From assembly GCF_009914755.1 (NCBI RefSeq), contig NC_060940.1: a DNA stretch of 64,000 bases; one strand, given 5' to 3'. Below, one piece after another: positions 58,301 to 64,000 of the stretch (the stretch's first letter is position 1; each line of letters begins with the position of its first letter). Both the position numbers and the translations under genes were made by a program. The notes beneath the pieces were generated by a model. The model did not search any database. It was not told the DNA's origin and worked only from the letters and a program-made list of their open reading frames with translations. The stretch is from the human T2T-CHM13v2.0 reference genome, Homo sapiens.

Positions 58301-61300
58301 TGATTCCATTCGAGTCCATTCAATGGTGATTCCATTCAATTCCATTCGGTGATTCCTTTCGATTCCATTTGATGATGATGGCATTCGATTCCTTTCAATC
58401 ATTCCCTTTGATTCCACTCAAAGGTGATTTCATTCAAGTCCATTCGATAATTGCATTCGATTCCATTCTATGATGATTCCATTCGAGTCCATTTGATGAT
58501 TCCATTCAATTCAAGTCAATGATGATTCCATTCGATTCCATTCGATGATTCCATTGGATTCCATTCGATGATGATTCCATTCAAATCCATTCGATAATTC
58601 ATTTCACGTCCATTCGATGATGATTCCAATCGAATCCATTCAAAGATTCCATTCAATTCCATTCGATGATTCCCTTAGATTCCATTCGATGATTCCACTT
58701 GATTCCATTTACGATGATTCCATTCGATTCCATGTGATGATTCCATTCAATTCTATTCAATGATGTTTCCATTTGATTCCATTCGACCATGATTGCCTTT
58801 GATTCCATTCAATGATTCCATTCGGTTCCGTTTGATGATGATTCCGTTCGATTCCATTTGATGATTCCATTTGATTCCATTGGATGAGTCCATTCGATTA
58901 CATTCGATGATTATTCCATTCGAGTGCATTAGATGATTCCATTCGAGTCCATTCGATGATTCCATTCGAGTCCATTCGATGATTCCATTCGATTCCATTC
59001 GATGTTGATTCTGTTCAAATCCATTCGATGATTCCACTCGATTCCATTCGATGACTCCATTTGATCCCATTCTATGATTTCCTTTGATTCCCTTTGATGA
59101 TCATTCCATTTGATTCAATTCGGTGATTTCATTTGATTCCATTCAGTGATGTTTCCATTCGACTCCATTCGATGATGATTCCATTCGACTACATTCGATT
59201 ATGATTTCATTCAATTCCATTCGATAAAGATTCCCTTCGAGTCCAATCGATGATTCCATTCGATTCCATTCAACGATGATTTGATTCGTGTCCATTCGAT
59301 GATTCCATTTGATTCCACTTGATGAGGATTCCATTCGAGTCCATTTGATGATTCCATTCAATTCCATTCTCCGATGATTTCTTTTGAGCCCATTCAATGC
59401 TTCCACTCGATTACATATGATGATGACTCCATTCGATGAAACTCGATGATGATTCCATTCGCTTGCATTCGATGATGATTCCACTTGAGTCCGTTAGAAG
59501 ATTCTATTCAATTACATTCCATGACGATTCCGTTCGAGTCCATTTGATGATTCCATTACACTCCATTCGACAATGATTCCATTCAATGTTATTCGATGAT
59601 TCCATTCGATCTTATTCGATGATGATTCCATTCAACTCCATTCGATGTTTCCATTCGAGTTCATTCTATTATTCCATTAGATTCCATTCGATGATGATTC
59701 CATTCGATTCCATTTGATGATTGCATTCTATTTCATTTGATGATGATTCCATTCGAGTCCATTCGATGATTACATTCGAGTCCATTTAATGAATCCATTG
59801 GTTTCAATTCTATGATGATTATATTGGATTCCATTCGTTGATGATTTCATTCGATTCCATTCAATGATGATTCCATTCAATTCCATTCAATGATTCCATT
59901 CAATTCCATACGATGATGATTCCATTTGATTTGATTCGACAGTGAGCCATTCGATTCAATTCCATGATGATTCTATTTGATTCACTTGGTTGACATTTCC
60001 ATTCGGTTCCATTCGATGATGATTCCATTTGATTCCATTCAAAGATGATTCCATTCTAGCCCATTCAATCATTCCATTCGATTCTATTCAATGATGATTC
60101 CATTCATGTCGATTTGGTGATTCCATTTGACTTCATTTGATGATGATTCCTTTCAAGTTCATTAGATGATTCCATTCGATTCCATTTGATGATGATCCCA
60201 TTCGAGTCCATTCAGTGATTCCACTCGTTTCCATTCCATGATGATTCCATTCCATTCCATTCAATGATTCCATTCGATTCCGTTTGATGATGATTTCATT
60301 CGAGTCCATTTGATGATTCCATTTGATTCCATTCGATGATGATTCCATTCGAGTCCATTCGATGATTCTATTCGAATCCATTTGATGATTTCTTTTGATT
60401 ATATTTGGTGATGATTCCATTGGAGTCCATTCAATGATTCCATTCTATTCCAATCGATGATGATTCCATTAGAGTCCATTTAATGATTCCATTTGATTCC
60501 AGTCTCTGATGTTTACATTCGAGTCCATACGATGATTCCACTCAATTCCATATGATGATGATTCCATTCGATTCCATTCGATGATTCCATTCTATTCTAT
60601 TCAATGGTGATTCCATTCGAGTACATTAGATGATTCCATTCGATTCCATTCAATGATGATTCTACTTGTGTCCCTTAGATGATTCCACATGATTCCATTA
60701 GATGATGATACTATTTGAGCCCATCCAATGATTCCCTTCGATTCCATTCGATGAGGATTCCATTCGATTCAATTCATTGGTGATTCTATTCAATTCAATT
60801 CTTTGATTCAATTCCATTCCATTCGACAATGATTCCATTCGATTTCTTTCGATGATTCCACTCAATTTCACTTGACATTGATTCCATTCGATTCCATTCA
60901 ATGATTCCATTTGATTCCAGTGGATGATGATTGCCGTCGATTCCATTCGATCACTCCATTCTGTTCCATTTGATGATGATTACATTCGATTCCATTTGAT
61001 GATTCCATCTGATTCTATTCGAGGATTCCATTTGATTCCATTCGATGATGATTCCATTCGAGTCCATTCGATGGTTTCATTCGAGTACATCCAATGATTC
61101 CATTCGAGTCCATTTGATGATTCCATTTCATTCCATTTGATTATGATTCTACTAGAGTCCATTCAATGACTCCATTCGAGTCCATTCAACAGTTCCATCC
61201 GAGTCCATTCGATGATTCCATTCGATTCCATTTGATGATTCCATTCGAGTCTATTTAATCATTACAGTCGAGTCCATTTGGTGATTCCACTGGATTTCTT

Positions 61301-61990
61301 TTGATAATGATACCATTCAATTACATTTGATGATGATCCCATTCAATTTCATTTGATGATTATTCCATTAGAGTCCATTCCATGATTTCATTCGAGTCCC
61401 TTCATTGATTCCATCCGATTTCATTTCATGATGACTCCATTCGAGTCCATTCGATGATTCCACTCGATTCCTTTAGATGATTCCATTGGAGTCCATTTGA
61501 TTGTTCCATTCGATTCCATTCGATTCCTTTCGAAGATTATTCCATTTGAGTCCATTCGATGATGATTCCATTCCATTCCATTCGATGATTCCGTTTGATT
61601 CCATTCGATGATTCCCTGCGATTCCTTTCTATGATGATTCCATTCCATTCCATTCAATGATTCCATTCGAATCTATTCCATGATGATTCCTTTCGATTCC
61701 ATTCGCTGATGTTTCCGTTCAATTCCATTCGATGATGATTCCATTCGATTCCATTCATTGAGGATTCCATTGGATTCCATTCAATGATGATTCCATTCTA
61801 TTCCATTCAATGATTGCATTCAATTCCATTCAATGATTATGCCATTAGAGTAAATTCAACGATTCCATTCAATACCATTCGATGATGATTCCTTTTGAGT
61901 CCATTCAATGATTTCATTCAAGTCCATTTGATGATTCCTTTCAATTCCATTCCATGATGATTCCATTCGAGTCCATTCGATGATTCCATT
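49352..61990 (+). repeat. Long 12,639-bp higher-order unit L1
   Basis: The landmark occurs at 49352 and 61991. A constant 12,639 offset holds for ORF pairs 47494/60133, 48059/60698, 49838/62477 and 51005/63644. It contains the 6.1-kb unit in collinear pieces plus ~6.5 kb not found in U1-U9. Confidence 0.88.
53791..55440 (+). repeat. Young tandem duplication inside L1 (810-bp copy 53791-54600; 840-bp copy 54601-55440)
   Basis: CATTGGTATCCATTCGACGATGATTCCATATGAGTCAATT occurs at 53791 and 54601. Copy 2 has a 26-bp and a 4-bp insertion. Only about 3 substitutions were seen by eye. Confidence 0.9.
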
Positions 61991-64000
61991 CGATTGCATT
62001 CGATGATTCCATTATATTCCATTCAACGATGATTCCATTCGAGTCCATTCGATGATTCCATTAGAGTACATTTAATGATTGCTTTGTTTTCAATTCGAAG
62101 ATGATTACATTGGATTCCATTCTATGATTCCATTCGATTGCATTCATTGATGATTCCACCCAATTCCATTCGATGATGATTCCATTCGATTTCAATGATT
62201 CTACTCGATTCCATTCAATGATGATTCAATTCTATTCCGTTTGATGATTCCATTAGATTCCATTCTATGATGATTCCATTCGAGTCCATTCGAAGATTTC
62301 ATTCGATTACATTCCATGACGATTCCATTCGAGTCCATTCGATGATTCCATTTGAATCCATTCGACGATGATTCCATTTGATGCTATTCGATGATTCCAT
62401 TGGATTCCATTCGATGATGATTCCATTCGACTTGATTTGATGTTTCTATTTGAGTCCATTCGGTTATTTTATTAGACTACATTCGATGATGATTCCATTC
62501 GATGCCATTCAATGATTCCATTTGATTCCACTCAATGATGATTGCATTCGTGTCCATTCGATGATTCCATTTGGTTCCATTTGATGATGATTCCATTCGA
62601 GTCCATTCGATGATACCATTCAATTCCATTCGATGATCATTCCATTCGAATCCATTTGATGATTCCACTCAATTCCATTTGATGACTCCTTTCATTCCCA
62701 TTCGATGATTCCCTTCAGTTCCAATTGGATGATCTTTCCATTTGATTCAATATGGTGACTCCATTCTATTATATTCAATGATGATTCCATTCGACTCCAT
62801 TAGATGATGACTCCATTCCATTCCATTCGATTGTGATTTCATTCGATTCCATTCGAAGATGATTCCATTCGAGTCCATTTGATGATTCCATTCGATTCCA
62901 TTCAATGATGATTCCACTCAAATCCATTGGATGATTCCATTCGTTTCCAATTGGTGATTTCATTAGATTCCATTCGAGGATGATTCTATTCGAGTCCATT
63001 CAATGATTCCATTGGATTCCGTTTGATAATGATTCCATTAGAGTTCATTCGATGATTCCCTTCGAGTCCATTCGATTATTTCTTTTGATTCCATTTGATG
63101 ATGATTCCATTCGATTCCATTCAATGATTCCATTCCATTCCATTCGATGATGATTCCATTCGATAATGATTACATTCGAGCCCATGTGATGATTCCATTA
63201 GATTCTATTCAATGATGATTCCATTCGACCACATTCGATGATGGCATTCGAGTCCATTCGATGATTTCACTCGATTCCACTTGATGATGATTCCTTTTGA
63301 GTCCATTTGATGATTACATTCGAGTCCATGAGATGACTCCATTCGATTCCATTTCATGATGATGCAATTCGAGGCTATTCGATCATCCCATTTTAGTGCA
63401 TTCGGTGATTCTCTTTTATTACATTCGATGAGGGCTCCATTCGAGTCCATTCAATGATTCCATTAGATTCCACTCGATGATGATTCCATTTGAGTCCATT
63501 CAAAGATTCCTTTCGAGTCCATTCGATAATTCTATTGGATTCCACTAGGTGATGATTCCTTTCGAGTCAATTCGATGATTCCTTTCAAGTGCCTTCAATG
63601 ATTCCATTCGATTCCATTCGATGACGATTCATTTCAAGTCCATTCAATGGTTCCATTCTGTTGAATTTGATGGTTCCATTTGATTCCATTCGATGATGAT
63701 TCCATTCGTGTCCATTGGATGATTCCATTCGATTCCTTTCGAGGAAGATTCCATTCGACTCCATTCGATGATTCCGTTCGATTCCATTCCATGATGATTC
63801 CATTTGATTCCATTCCATGATTCCATTCGATACCATTCGATGATGATTCCATTCGACTCCATTTGATGAATCCATTCAATGCTTCCATTCGAGTCCATTC
63901 GATGATTCCATTCGATTCCATTCCATGAAGATTCCATTCGAGTACATTTGATGATTCCATTTAATTCCATAGGATGATGATTCTATTAGGGTCCGTTGAC
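61991..64000 (+). repeat. Start of next long-type unit L2 (partial, cut by window end)
   Basis: Near-identical to 49352-51361, including long-unit-specific sequence such as CGGTTATTTTATTAGACTAC and GAGGGCTCCATTCG. It ends in GGTCCGTTGAC, as at 51351-51361. Confidence 0.9.

Larger units (their letters stand above)
1..64000 (+). repeat. Human satellite II (HSat2/HSATII) pericentromeric array, CATTC strand on +
   Basis: Continuous diverged ATTCC pentamers arranged as (ATTCCATTCG)2 + (ATG)1-2, i.e. 23/26-bp monomers, e.g. GATGATTCCATTCGATTCCATTCGATGATG. TCGA and GANTC motifs are dense. This is the established satellite 2 consensus, not the HSat3 (CATTC)n + ATTCGGGTTG pattern. No non-satellite interruption or strand switch was seen. 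Confidence 0.97.

Noticed and set aside
49352-61990. 12.6-kb unit as a dimer of the 6.1-kb unit
   Set aside because: 2 x 6,112 = 12,224, not 12,639. Landmarks such as CCGGTAGGGTCC and GGTTCCACAGG occur once in L1, and about half of L1 is absent from the short unit.
132-63970. All listed minus-strand ORFs (60-150 aa; MESSSNGIEWNHRM-type)
   Set aside because: They are translations of (GGAAT/CGAAT/CAT)n. The + strand is full of TGA, while the minus strand is rich in ATG and poorer in stops, which explains the one-strand bias. They overlap in multiple frames, are low-complexity, resemble no protein domain I recognise, and gain or lose stops freely between units.
1-64000. CRISPR-like repeat-spacer array
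   Set aside because: There are no unique spacers between conserved repeats and no cas genes. The sequence is continuous degenerate satellite.
1-64000. HSat3/DYZ1, alpha satellite or telomeric repeat identity; inversions
   Set aside because: There are no long pure (CATTC)n runs with ATTCGGGTTG, no 171-bp period or CENP-B box, and no TTAGGG arrays. No switch to GGAAT on the + strand was seen.

Overview
The whole 64 kb window is one uninterrupted, single-orientation block of classical human-type satellite II (HSat2/HSATII). It consists of diverged (CATTC)n with the diagnostic CATTCGATTC 10-mers and (ATG)1-2 spacers, giving 23/26-bp monomers, with the CATTC strand on +. I see no protein-coding genes, RNA genes or transposons, and the ORF track is an artefact of repeat composition. 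The real structure is multi-kilobase. Six near-identical ~6,112-bp higher-order units occupy 1-36663; this period matches what I recall for the chr16-type HSat2B array. Three truncated or chimeric units follow (5,501, 2,913 and 4,274 bp; 36664-49351), then a 12,639-bp unit (49352-61990) and the start of its next copy. Manual alignment shows the 6.1-kb unit is the 12.6-kb unit minus four blocks (~758, ~2,013, ~105 and ~3,646 bp) plus small indels, and the lengths sum exactly. The window therefore appears to capture a boundary between a derived 6.1-kb array and a longer, probably ancestral-type array, with recombination intermediates between them. This is the most interesting thing I can support. 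I found no evidence of a novel coding system. All alignments were done by eye, so breakpoints are accurate only to within the flanking homology.
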